From: Candidatus Bathyarchaeota archaeon
Lineage (GTDB): Archaea > Thermoproteota > Bathyarchaeia > Bathyarchaeales > Bathycorpusculaceae
Length of the DNA: 64,000 nt
Assembly: GCA_963826715.1 (NCBI GenBank)
Contig: CAWGYA010000008.1
Span: 64,001-128,000, forward strand
Direction: 5' to 3'
Part shown: in pieces, positions 1-9,263 of the stretch
Layout: each line of letters starts with the position of its first letter
Numbering within the stretch: the stretch's first letter is position 1
The notes under the pieces: model-generated
The model's database searches: none
Told to the model about the DNA's origin: nothing
What the model saw: the letters and a program-made list of their open reading frames with translations, nothing else
Made by a program: the position numbers and the translations under genes

Positions 1-1
1 C

Positions 2-253
2 ACTACAACAATCATCAAACTTATCGTCGAGGACAAACCCATACGAATGTTGGGGATTCCCGGAATCATTTCAATAGCATTAGGAACTTTTTTTGGAGTG
101 TGGATGATGAATTTATATGCAATTGAACATAGAATAGTAACGAATGTTGCTTTGGCATCAATTGCGTTCATATTGATAGGATTCTTCTTAATTTCAACGA
201 GTCTAACATTATTTGCAATTAATAGACTCTCAATCAAATCCACACGTCAATAA
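2..253 (+). CDS. C-terminal part of a GT2 (DPM1-like) glycosyltransferase with two C-terminal TM helices; truncated by the window edge
   Basis: Frame is open from nt 2 (TTTIIKLIVEDKPIRMLGIPG...) followed by two hydrophobic helices, resembling the membrane tail of archaeal GT2s. Confidence 0.55.
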   Translation, partial: TTTIIKLIVEDKPIRMLGIPGIISIALGTFFGVWMMNLYAIEHRIVTNVALASIAFILIGFFLISTSLTLFAINRLSIKSTRQ

Positions 254-338
254 AGAAATTATTTATTCGATATGATTTTTAAGAATCATCTTTTTTAATT
301 GCAAACTCAAAGAATACATCGAAAGCAAATAACAATAG

Positions 339-1505
339 GTGAAAAACTTGAAAGTTCTGGCAATAGTATCAGCAATCGACCTAGAAGAAGCGCCAAGGGG
401 AACCATATTCTGGTGGCAACTGTTTAAAAATATGTCAGAACTCGGCGTAGAAGTTATTGTGGTATCATTCTTGGGCAAATCAATAGTAACTCCATGGTGG
501 GAATGTTATCCAAATCCGGCGTACTATACAGCTAAATTAGCATATGGTACAGTCAAAAACTCACAAAAAAACTATACTATCAAATCAATTAAATCATTCG
601 CCGAAAAAATAAAGATAGATATTGCTATCGGACGCATAATAAGCGAACAATGGGAAAAAACCATCTCAGAAATTGCAGTTAAGGAAAAAAATATTGATGC
701 CGTACTCTTGCTAAGTTTACCCATCAAACCACTTGAACCACTTATAAGGCAAATAAAAAAGAAAATTGGAAAAAAAATAGTATACATAGAAGCTGACATG
801 CCTGAGGTACTTCCTGAATATAACATGTTTGGATATAGCTACTATGCTAATACAGATCTCTCAATTTTTGACGGCTACCTTTCAAATTCAGAGGGAGTCT
901 CACAAACTGTAAAAAAAATGGGCGCATCCAACGTCGGCACTTTGCACTTTGCTATTGATCCTGAAATCTACAAAATATATCCAGAGGAGAAAATTATAGA
1001 TATTATTTTCTCAGGTGTTGGCACAGGTGGTCGTAGAGAACTAATAAATAAAATGATTATAAAGCCAGCTATCGATAGTTCACTTAAATTCGGGGTTTCA
1101 GGTATCTGGAAAATTGCGTTACCCGAGAATGTGACTCAATTGGGTTTTGTTCCCTTTGCAAGATGGCTTAGAGTGATATGCTCAAGCTATATCGCCTTAG
1201 ATGTAGTTAGGCACGGTCATGCTGCTGTTCGCGAAACATCAACTTACAGATTATTTGAATTATGTGGCCTAGGTCTACCGGTAGTAACCAACAAACGTGA
1301 CGGTATAGAAAGATTTTATCAACCAGGCAAAGAAATCATAATGTTAAATGATAACGATAATCCACTCCAGGTTTATCAAAAATTACTTGAAGATAAAGAG
1401 AAGTTAATTAAGATAAGTCGTCTTGCCAGAGAGCGAACATTAAAAGAACACACGTGCAGACATAGAGCGCTTGAGCTAATTGAGTATTTGAGAAGAATTA
1501 AATGA
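339..1505 (+). CDS. GT-B glycosyltransferase, CgeB/Glyco_trans_1_2-like
   Basis: 388 aa; C-terminal RLFELCGLGLPVVTN...FYQPGKEI...EHTCRHRA motifs typical of CgeB-like GTs; GTG start. Confidence 0.75.
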   Translation: MKNLKVLAIVSAIDLEEAPRGTIFWWQLFKNMSELGVEVIVVSFLGKSIVTPWWECYPNPAYYTAKLAYGTVKNSQKNYTIKSIKSFAEKIKIDIAIGRIISEQWEKTISEIAVKEKNIDAVLLLSLPIKPLEPLIRQIKKKIGKKIVYIEADMPEVLPEYNMFGYSYYANTDLSIFDGYLSNSEGVSQTVKKMGASNVGTLHFAIDPEIYKIYPEEKIIDIIFSGVGTGGRRELINKMIIKPAIDSSLKFGVSGIWKIALPENVTQLGFVPFARWLRVICSSYIALDVVRHGHAAVRETSTYRLFELCGLGLPVVTNKRDGIERFYQPGKEIIMLNDNDNPLQVYQKLLEDKEKLIKISRLARERTLKEHTCRHRALELIEYLRRIK

Positions 1506-2716
1506 AAATAACTCAGATTTCAACAAGATATTGGCCATACGCAGCAGGACTCGAAGAATTCTTATATTCACTTTCAAAAGAACTATCGGCAAATGGAAAC
1601 GATATTAACGTGTTAACAACAAATTCGAGTGGAGAATTTTCTATCCCTCAAATCCGATTAGGCAGATTACCGCTTAACAGAATAACAAGTCCTTTCCCTT
1701 CTGGAACCACACGAATTAATGATAACTTCAAAATTCAACGTCTAAAAGCATATGTCAGATTCGGGCCGTTTCACCTTACTAATGTTATGAAGTTAACTAA
1801 ACAAAAAAGCGACATAGTTCACGTCCATGCACTAACAGATTTTCTCTTTTGGTTACCTGCTATAGGCAGACTTTCAGATTCAAAATTCATTATAACAATT
1901 CATGACGTTGCCCCAACAGTTGCCACTGATCTTGAGGCTTTATTTTGGAAGCCTTACTCGCAATTCTTCGTTCCAAAATTAATAAAAAGATTCCAGCAAA
2001 TAATAGTTCCCTCCTTGACCCAAATAGAATATCTAGAAAATGTAGGTATTAACCGGAAACAAATTTCGCTGATTCCCCTTTGTTTTGATCCAAAAATAGA
2101 AAGTATCGCCAATGATAATGAAAATAGCATTAAATCAATCCGAGCAAGATACGGAGTAGCCCCACAAGAATTCTTGATCATTTCTATAGGACGTTTAATA
2201 GCTACTAAACGTTATGATTTAGTTATCTATGCACTAAACCAAATTTTCCAGGAAAAGCCGCTTGAGCAAATAAAATACATTATAGTGGGTTCAGACGAAG
2301 GGGAACTGGCTACACTAAAAAAGTTAAGTCAGCGTCTAAAGTTGACAAAAAAAATAATTTTCACCGGAATAAAAAGCCACATAGAAACTTTGCAACTACT
2401 AAAATCAGCTGATTTATTTTTAATGCCCAGTGAGATTGAAGCTTTCAATCTTGCCACTGTAGAGGCAATGCGACTGTCTATACCGGTTTTAATAAGCAGT
2501 GGTGTCGGAGTCCGCTATTTAATAAGACAGGATAAGAATGGGATTATATTCAAGAAAAATGATATAGCTGACTTGACTATAAAACTTTTAAAAATAATAG
2601 ATGACCCTTCTAAATATCAAAGAATGGGCATAGAAGGCAAAAAAACTGCTGAAAACGTTTGTTCACCAAAAGTTGTAGCTGAAAAACACAATGAACTATA
2701 CAGGAAGTCCCTTTGA
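1502..2716 (+). CDS. GT4 family glycosyltransferase
   Basis: 404 aa; SIGRLIATKRYD and PSEIEAFNLATVEAM (EX7E) motifs; 4-nt overlap with the upstream gene. Confidence 0.9.
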   Translation: MKITQISTRYWPYAAGLEEFLYSLSKELSANGNDINVLTTNSSGEFSIPQIRLGRLPLNRITSPFPSGTTRINDNFKIQRLKAYVRFGPFHLTNVMKLTKQKSDIVHVHALTDFLFWLPAIGRLSDSKFIITIHDVAPTVATDLEALFWKPYSQFFVPKLIKRFQQIIVPSLTQIEYLENVGINRKQISLIPLCFDPKIESIANDNENSIKSIRARYGVAPQEFLIISIGRLIATKRYDLVIYALNQIFQEKPLEQIKYIIVGSDEGELATLKKLSQRLKLTKKIIFTGIKSHIETLQLLKSADLFLMPSEIEAFNLATVEAMRLSIPVLISSGVGVRYLIRQDKNGIIFKKNDIADLTIKLLKIIDDPSKYQRMGIEGKKTAENVCSPKVVAEKHNELYRKSL

Positions 2717-3786
2717 TGATTCCCGTAGCAGCGTTGAAAGATCCAAAAAAGAGAATATGGCTTGTTTCAGTAGCCATCTCTTGTGCCATTATTACATTAT
2801 TTTTCGTTACCCAACAGATGAAACATGAAGTCAGCTATCCCCTTGGCTGGGATCAACCTGTGTATGTTCACGAAGCTAATCGCATTTTAGAAATGGGAAT
2901 AATTCCATGGATTCAATCTGTAAGAGTCCTAGACCTATACTGGGCCTTTCCCGCATATATAGGAGCATTAATTAACAACACACAAACTGCGGTAATCCTA
3001 ATTGAAATAATACAATCCAGCACTTTAGCCATACTGTTCTCAATACTCTCTTACAGAATTACTAATTCGCCGATAATTGCTTCATCCACTGCTTTGCTTT
3101 ACCCGTTTCTAAATAACTCGGTTCAGTTATTTGTTCTGCCGCGCGAAGCCTTCGCTTTAATCCTGCTTCTTTCAATAATTATTTTCGTTCAGAAGCTATA
3201 CCAACCATTGAATATAAAAAAGGTAAAAACGTGGCTTTTTGGGATAGCTTTCCTTATCCTTTTCCTTTGGAATATAACAAATGCCGCTTTCGTAGTGGTA
3301 TTGTTTTCAATAATATGTATAATGATCCGGAATAAAACGTTAATTCTTAATTTTCTCATTCTCTTCGGGATAAGTGCAATAACAACCCTTATCTTATCAT
3401 ACGCTTTTTTTGGAGGCTATAAATACGAAGTTACTTATTGGACCCCAATGTCACCAACAATAAGCTTTTTTACCTCAAAATTTATTCAATGGACAGGAGG
3501 TTCCATACTACTATTCTCAATAGCTATTCTTGGTCTAATAATGCTATGGACCCAGCGGAAAAAAATTAATCTACAGTCAAAGACTACAATAGTATGGAGT
3601 ATTATAACATTAACATTGTTCTTTGCCGGTTTTCTTACGAGCCCATTCATAAATGAATGGTATGTTTATGTTGATAGAGCATTGCTTCTATTTCCAATAC
3701 AGCTATTACTTCCAATAGGTCTAAGCTTTCTGTCAATAGGTACAATAAAATTCCTTAAATGGGGGTATAAACATGCTAAACAATGA
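2713..3786 (+). CDS. Polytopic membrane protein, possible GT-C-fold glycosyltransferase (membrane part)
   Basis: 357 aa with about 10 TM segments; YPLGWDQPVY acidic motif in the first external loop, as in GT-C enzymes. Confidence 0.55.
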   Translation: MMIPVAALKDPKKRIWLVSVAISCAIITLFFVTQQMKHEVSYPLGWDQPVYVHEANRILEMGIIPWIQSVRVLDLYWAFPAYIGALINNTQTAVILIEIIQSSTLAILFSILSYRITNSPIIASSTALLYPFLNNSVQLFVLPREAFALILLLSIIIFVQKLYQPLNIKKVKTWLFGIAFLILFLWNITNAAFVVVLFSIICIMIRNKTLILNFLILFGISAITTLILSYAFFGGYKYEVTYWTPMSPTISFFTSKFIQWTGGSILLFSIAILGLIMLWTQRKKINLQSKTTIVWSIITLTLFFAGFLTSPFINEWYVYVDRALLLFPIQLLLPIGLSFLSIGTIKFLKWGYKHAKQ

Positions 3787-4744
3787 CACCAAATCAAAAA
3801 AGACAGCCTTAATTGTCTTCTCGGCAATAACAATAATTATCATAGCCTACAATTACCCCAACTTTGAAAATCAATTAAACCTTCATCTAAACACGTGGGT
3901 ATCAAAAAGTTTTTACGATAGCATATTATCAATAAAAAATCAGCTCAAAAATGACACTGACCCAATTGTATTTATAGCCTTCGCGCCCCAAGCAAATATC
4001 TTATCATATTACAGAAACATAATTCAGATGGAAATAACAAACGCCCATCTTTATTACGGAAAACTCGATTTTCTAATCCAAAGACAGCCTACACCAACAA
4101 GATTCTTCAAAACAACAGATGATGCAAACTACAGCGCATACTATTTTGAAGAGACAAAAAACGTAATAACTGCACCAAAAGAATTCACAATTGTAATTTT
4201 GAAGGAACTTTATGGCATAGATAGCACATCAGCAAAACTTCTTGAATTTTCTAAGATAAATGATGGCAATTACTTGAAAAACATCAGCAACAATAATCAA
4301 ACATTAACAATTCCAATTCAAGTAATAACAGCCTACACGGATTACACAGAACTCTCAAAGGGATTTTATGTTCTTGAAAAAGACTGGGCTTATGCAGGAT
4401 CAATCCTCGAATATTTCTACGAAAATAAGAATCCCCAAATTTACCCTAATGTTTATGCTAAAGTAACTTACCCAATATGGCTTTTTAACGCTCAAAACAC
4501 CCAAATGGATGTACACTTGTTTGATGCCTTTGATAGCGATTGGGGCACCCTCTATTTTTCTCTTGACAATCAAAATATAGGAAATTATACATATGAAGGA
4601 ACCGGAGAAAACAGATGGTTAAATTTTACAATACAACCTCAAGATGAAGGATTTCATTCTTTATTAATCGAACTTAGATCTATAAATCAGGGAATCTTAA
4701 GATTGGACGTCATCCAATTGAGTTCCAATCCTGAAGAAAAATAA
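3773..4744 (+). CDS. Membrane-anchored extracytoplasmic protein, probable partner of the upstream polytopic protein
   Basis: 323 aa; single N-terminal TM helix, several NxS/T sequons, beta-rich C-terminus; 14-nt overlap with the upstream ORF. Confidence 0.6.
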   Translation: MLNNDTKSKKTALIVFSAITIIIIAYNYPNFENQLNLHLNTWVSKSFYDSILSIKNQLKNDTDPIVFIAFAPQANILSYYRNIIQMEITNAHLYYGKLDFLIQRQPTPTRFFKTTDDANYSAYYFEETKNVITAPKEFTIVILKELYGIDSTSAKLLEFSKINDGNYLKNISNNNQTLTIPIQVITAYTDYTELSKGFYVLEKDWAYAGSILEYFYENKNPQIYPNVYAKVTYPIWLFNAQNTQMDVHLFDAFDSDWGTLYFSLDNQNIGNYTYEGTGENRWLNFTIQPQDEGFHSLLIELRSINQGILRLDVIQLSSNPEEK

Positions 4745-4867
4745 AATCTATGAAGGGGTACAAAGTGTACCTTAAAAATTAAGAAACAAAACCATACAAT
4801 TTGAATAATAAAAGAAAAAAATAGTTTACTTTTCACAATAACCTTTTGGAGCTATATAATTAAAAAT

Positions 4868-5535
4868 TTAACCGACTAAAGTTGGCTTAGATGGTGTATA
4901 GCCCCCGAGTATACTCTAGTCGCATAGTTCCGGGTTTGCCTGGTTTTGGATCCCATGCCACGTGATGCCGTCACCGCCTATAACAATTAAATGCAGTTGA
5001 TCACCTATCATGGTTGCTGCAGGTGTTTTAATTGTTGAGCCAGAAAATGCGCTCCAATCATGCCACAAGTTGTTGTAATAATTATTTGTATAAATGCTTC
5101 CGACTGTACTTTTTACTACTATAGTTAGAAAATTAGTTGTCTGTGATCTCGTTAAGGTAGCTGAAGAATTTGATGTTCCTGGCAGGCAACTCCAAATAGA
5201 AACAGTCACAGTTACCATATCAACAGTGGAATACCACAAAGTATTATTTACATACGAGTCTGTTGGATTATAGCCTCGAACCACTATTGTAATTTGTTTC
5301 CAATTTGATAGACTGCAGGAGTGTCACATGTAACACCACTTGACAAAACACCCCAATCACTCCACAATCGTAATTGGGGACTATAGGTTCTATAGTAAAT
5401 CGAATTATCTAATCCACTAACCACGAGCGTTAAAGAGGTACCATTAGACGTTAAAGCTCAAGCTGAAGAAGTAGCACCGCTCAAAATGCTCCAACCAGAG
5501 AAAAGCAATTGGACAAACTCATGTATCCATGCCCT
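4868..5535 (-). pseudogene. 5'-truncated, decayed copy of the C-terminal Trp-rich lectin-like propeller of the giant protein at 9264-14518
   Basis: Translates to ...SGWSILSGATSSA*ALTSNGTSLTLVVSGLDNSIYYRTY...VTCDTPA/(frameshift)VVRGYNPTDSYVNNTLWYSTV...CD*SILGGYTPSKPTLVG*, colinear with the end of the giant ORF; two in-frame stops and one frameshift. Confidence 0.85.
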
Positions 5536-5765
5536 TTCAGAGATATACGGGTTATAGGTATTCAAGAACTTCTTAGAGGAGAGAGACATTGAACTTAAAA
5601 GGCAAAACAAGAAGCATTTACAGAGACTTAAAGACTGGTCGTTTCATAAAGAAGCCATAGAAACACATCTTTTTTTATTTACACATGCTAACCAGTCACG
5701 TAGTCATCAAGTGGCAAATAGCAAGCTAAGCCGTTCTGAAGATTAATCCAATTTACACCGTTTGT

Positions 5766-7102
5766 TTATATGCCTAAAAAGTTTGCATCTTGCTGCGCAA
5801 CGAAAGCCCATAATTTGGGATTTTGATACAAATCCCAACTTGCAGGGATAAAGCCATCATAACAGTCTGGTTGGTATCCACTCCACAAAGTTATTCTTGT
5901 ATAACCTAAATTAGTCATTTGCTGATATTGGGCAGCAATTTCGCTCATATTGCAATTTTGCCAACTTGGACTGCCCATCCAAGTTCCACCCCAAATATAA
6001 CCGCCAAGACTCAAAACCCCATTGCATTGAGAAAGTGTGGTAGTGTAGTTATATGTTAATGGAAGATAAAGATCGTAATCGATACCTGTTGCGTTATTCC
6101 CAAAGCAATCGAACTTAACGGTGTAGAACTATCCACTATCTGGTTTGATTCGCCATAACTGTTTAAAGTTTGAGTTTGCACAACCGCCGTTAAGAAATTG
6201 TTAATTGCTGTAGTAGTGTTTAACCATTGCATGTCGTCCCAATAAATTCTATCCATAGTTGCTTGTGGTAGCATTCCATTAATACGGTCAACCCATTGAG
6301 CAGTAGTATAAGTGCTAATATCTGAAACATCATCAACCTGCCACATAGAGTAAACCCACCACACTGTAAAGCCAGCATTCATTAATATTATTGATTCTTG
6401 CTGCATTTGCGACATAGCAACACCTTGTGTAGTAACACCGACATCGGTAATGTGTTCCTGATGTAACCAGTTTGTCATTGAAGCATTAATTTGACTTGGC
6501 AAACAATTTATCCAAGTGAAAATATGCAATGGACGAGCTGAATCAGAAGCATCTGAAACAATCTGTGCGCGTGCGGGCGAAACAATCTGTCCATCAACAT
6601 AGAAAACGTTATTGCTATAATCATTTATGTTAGCTGTTGCGCCGACGTAATAAGTTAAACCTGTTACACCTGCATTTAGAGTTAAATTTGAGCCCGACGG
6701 AATAAAGATTTGAGTATTACCATAATTTCCCGCTTTAACAACAACTTGTACATTTAGTGCGGGCGGATACATAGAAGCACCTAAAGAGTTAGTGCTTTCC
6801 TGATAAACGGCGTTAAAAACTGTTAATGCGTTAAGTGAAGTTTTAAAAACATTTCCATTCGGCTCTTTAGCAGTATATTCATTTGTTAGTGGGTTTTTGT
6901 AAATTTGCCAAGTAGGATTCGTCGGTTGGTTATTCTGAATATTCGTTGCAGTAAAATTAAGTACAGTTAATGAAGAGCCAACCAAAATAGCAACTATAAA
7001 GGTGGCCAAAATAGCCTTCTGCGCAGTAGTCCAGTTACTATGGTTTAATTTCAGAGAGGGTCTTGATAACCTCATGATTTTTCTAAAGCTATTTCTAGAC
7101 AT
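5766..7102 (-). CDS. Membrane-anchored or secreted protein, possible glycoside-hydrolase-like C-terminal barrel; one frameshift near 6130
   Basis: Track ORFs 6056..7102 and 5766..6014 join through an alternative frame (YTVKFDCFGNNATGIDYDLYLPLTY...SLGGYIW); N-terminal TM helix; IYWDDMQW motif. Confidence 0.5.
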
Positions 7103-7412
7103 TCTTTCATTAATTAAATTTAGGCAAAATCATTCTTGTGTCTATCTGTTTGTGTTTGTTTTTTTTACGAGTGCCAGTCAGTTTGACAATGAGACTGACT
7201 GGGTGAGACATTCTGATAGTGACAGTGAGGGCGCGCGGGCACGTGTGTGTATGGGAGCGTTTGTGTTTTGGTGAGTTCAAAGTCTTAAGCGTTTGAGTTC
7301 AAGAGAGAAAGAGAGAGAAAAGATTAATAAATAATCCTCAAATTAGCAAAACACTCTGCTTCTTGTTTTTTTCAGTTCTATCAAACAAAGTTATCCTTTT
7401 GGAGAAACGGCA

Positions 7413-8105
7413 TTATTTGATACAAATAAAAAGAAAGTGTCGAGAAAACGTAGGAGTCAACCAGTTAGGTACATTAAAACTTACATTGAAGATGCTAAAC
7501 CAACTTTTATTGATAATAGATTCAAAACCTGTTGCCTTTAGGATATGTTTTAATGAATTATTATTATATAACCTAATATGCTGACCCTTTTTGGTTACAT
7601 CAAGTTCGGGGGTTGGAAAAGTCCCACCCAAATAACGTAACCGCATATAGAGGTTAAAAGGATTATGAGTTGAAATAACGAGTTTTCCACCATGCTTTAA
7701 AACTCTAAAAATTTCATGCAGTGCATTGTCAGGAAACGCTAAATGTTCAATAACTTCAGTAAAAATCACGTAATCAAAGAAGTTATTGCAGTATGGAAAT
7801 TTCTGGAATGAGATATCGCTTTGCTTTGCTTCGATGCCTTGAGTATTCAAATATGTTACGCATTTCGGTGATAGATCAAGTGCATGTAAATTTAAACTTG
7901 ATGATTGTATACTTTTCAAAATGAAACCTGAACCTGAGCCCACATCCAATATTACTTTATCATTTAGTTCTTCTTCCAATAAGATTTTTATAACAAATTT
8001 TTGCCATAACCGAGGGTGGTTATTTGGTTGAAAGTCATTATAGACCTCATTGTCATAGAAGGATAACATATCGTTGGAATGACTTGCCGCAACATTTTTT
8101 TTCAA
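7413..8105 (-). CDS. Class I SAM-dependent methyltransferase
   Basis: LDVGSGSG motif I and FDYVIFTEVIEHL. Confidence 0.9.
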   Translation of the reverse strand: MKKNVAASHSNDMLSFYDNEVYNDFQPNNHPRLWQKFVIKILLEEELNDKVILDVGSGSGFILKSIQSSSLNLHALDLSPKCVTYLNTQGIEAKQSDISFQKFPYCNNFFDYVIFTEVIEHLAFPDNALHEIFRVLKHGGKLVISTHNPFNLYMRLRYLGGTFPTPELDVTKKGQHIRLYNNNSLKHILKATGFESIINKSWFSIFNVSFNVPNWLTPTFSRHFLFICIK

Positions 8106-8121
8106 GTATTTACTTTCCCCG

Positions 8122-9060
8122 TTATTTACAATTTATATTTAATGCGTTTAGATAATCCTTTATTCCTGTCTCCAAAGGACGGGGATTTACGGATAGAGTT
8201 TTTGATAATAAAGAGGTATCTGCCATAGTCCATTCTAGATATTTTGAAGGTTTTGGTATATAATATGGTTTAATATCCTTTTTTAGATAATTATTGATTA
8301 AACTAACCACTTCATTAAACGTGTAGCTCTTTCCAGAGCCTACATTCAATATTTCAGGTAAATCATCTATTTCACAGCATTTTATGATTACGTCAATTAC
8401 GTCATCTATGTAAACAAAGTCCCTGGCTTGACTGCCATTACCATATAGTATTGGTTGTTCATCTCTTATAATGGAACTTAGAAAGAGTGTAATTGGACTA
8501 GAAATTTGTTTCTTATGTGATTCACCTTGGCCGTATCCCGCGAAAATTCTAAGACCAACATTATTGACTTCTTCAGAATAGAGTTTAGCTATTTTCTCGC
8601 ATGAGAGTTTGCCCACAGCATAAAGATTACCTGGATGAGGTTCAACTTGTTCAGAAGAAAGACCTTTGTTTTTTCCGTACACACTTCCAGATGATGGATA
8701 TATCACTTTTTTTATGTTTTTTTTGGTTGCGATATTAAGTACATTTATGAAACCTGCTGTTGTTGAAGAAAAAGCTTCCAAAGGTGATTCATTAAATTGA
8801 ATAACTGAGGATGGCCCAGCAAAATGGAAAAGATAATCAAAATTACCAGTTAACTCTCTTATTAAATTCTTTTCACAAATATTGGATTTGATGATTTTAA
8901 TATTATCCTCGAACTTAGATAAATTCGTTTTAGGTGAAATATTAAAGTTATCAATAACAGTAATGTCAGCACCTTCACTTGAAAGTTTAGTTACAATGTT
9001 TTGTCCTATGAAGCCTGCGCCGCCAGTTACAATTACTCGCTTTTTTTTCCAGTTCATCAT
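8122..9060 (-). CDS. NAD-dependent nucleotide-sugar epimerase/dehydratase (extended SDR)
   Basis: VTGGAGFIG, YAVGK (YxxxK) and GNGSQARDFVYIDDV. Confidence 0.9.
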   Translation of the reverse strand: MMNWKKKRVIVTGGAGFIGQNIVTKLSSEGADITVIDNFNISPKTNLSKFEDNIKIIKSNICEKNLIRELTGNFDYLFHFAGPSSVIQFNESPLEAFSSTTAGFINVLNIATKKNIKKVIYPSSGSVYGKNKGLSSEQVEPHPGNLYAVGKLSCEKIAKLYSEEVNNVGLRIFAGYGQGESHKKQISSPITLFLSSIIRDEQPILYGNGSQARDFVYIDDVIDVIIKCCEIDDLPEILNVGSGKSYTFNEVVSLINNYLKKDIKPYYIPKPSKYLEWTMADTSLLSKTLSVNPRPLETGIKDYLNALNINCK

Positions 9061-9263
9061 CTTTTCCTCAAGTTATAGGATTAAGTTGTATGTATAATCC
9101 CATAGATATTTAGTGTTGTAATTTTTTTTAATAAATTCATAATAGTATCAACATATATTTTTCAGATACCCTTGTGCAATATATTCAATAATAATTTAAT
9201 TGCCTAATATCATTCAAAATTAGTTGCATTTAATACTTAAAAAAAGAAAATAAGGGATTTTTG

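Noticed and set aside
5540-5745. Short + strand open stretch (VFKNFLEERDIELKRQ...)
   Set aside because: No start codon and a stop just upstream; possibly a gene relic but not assignable
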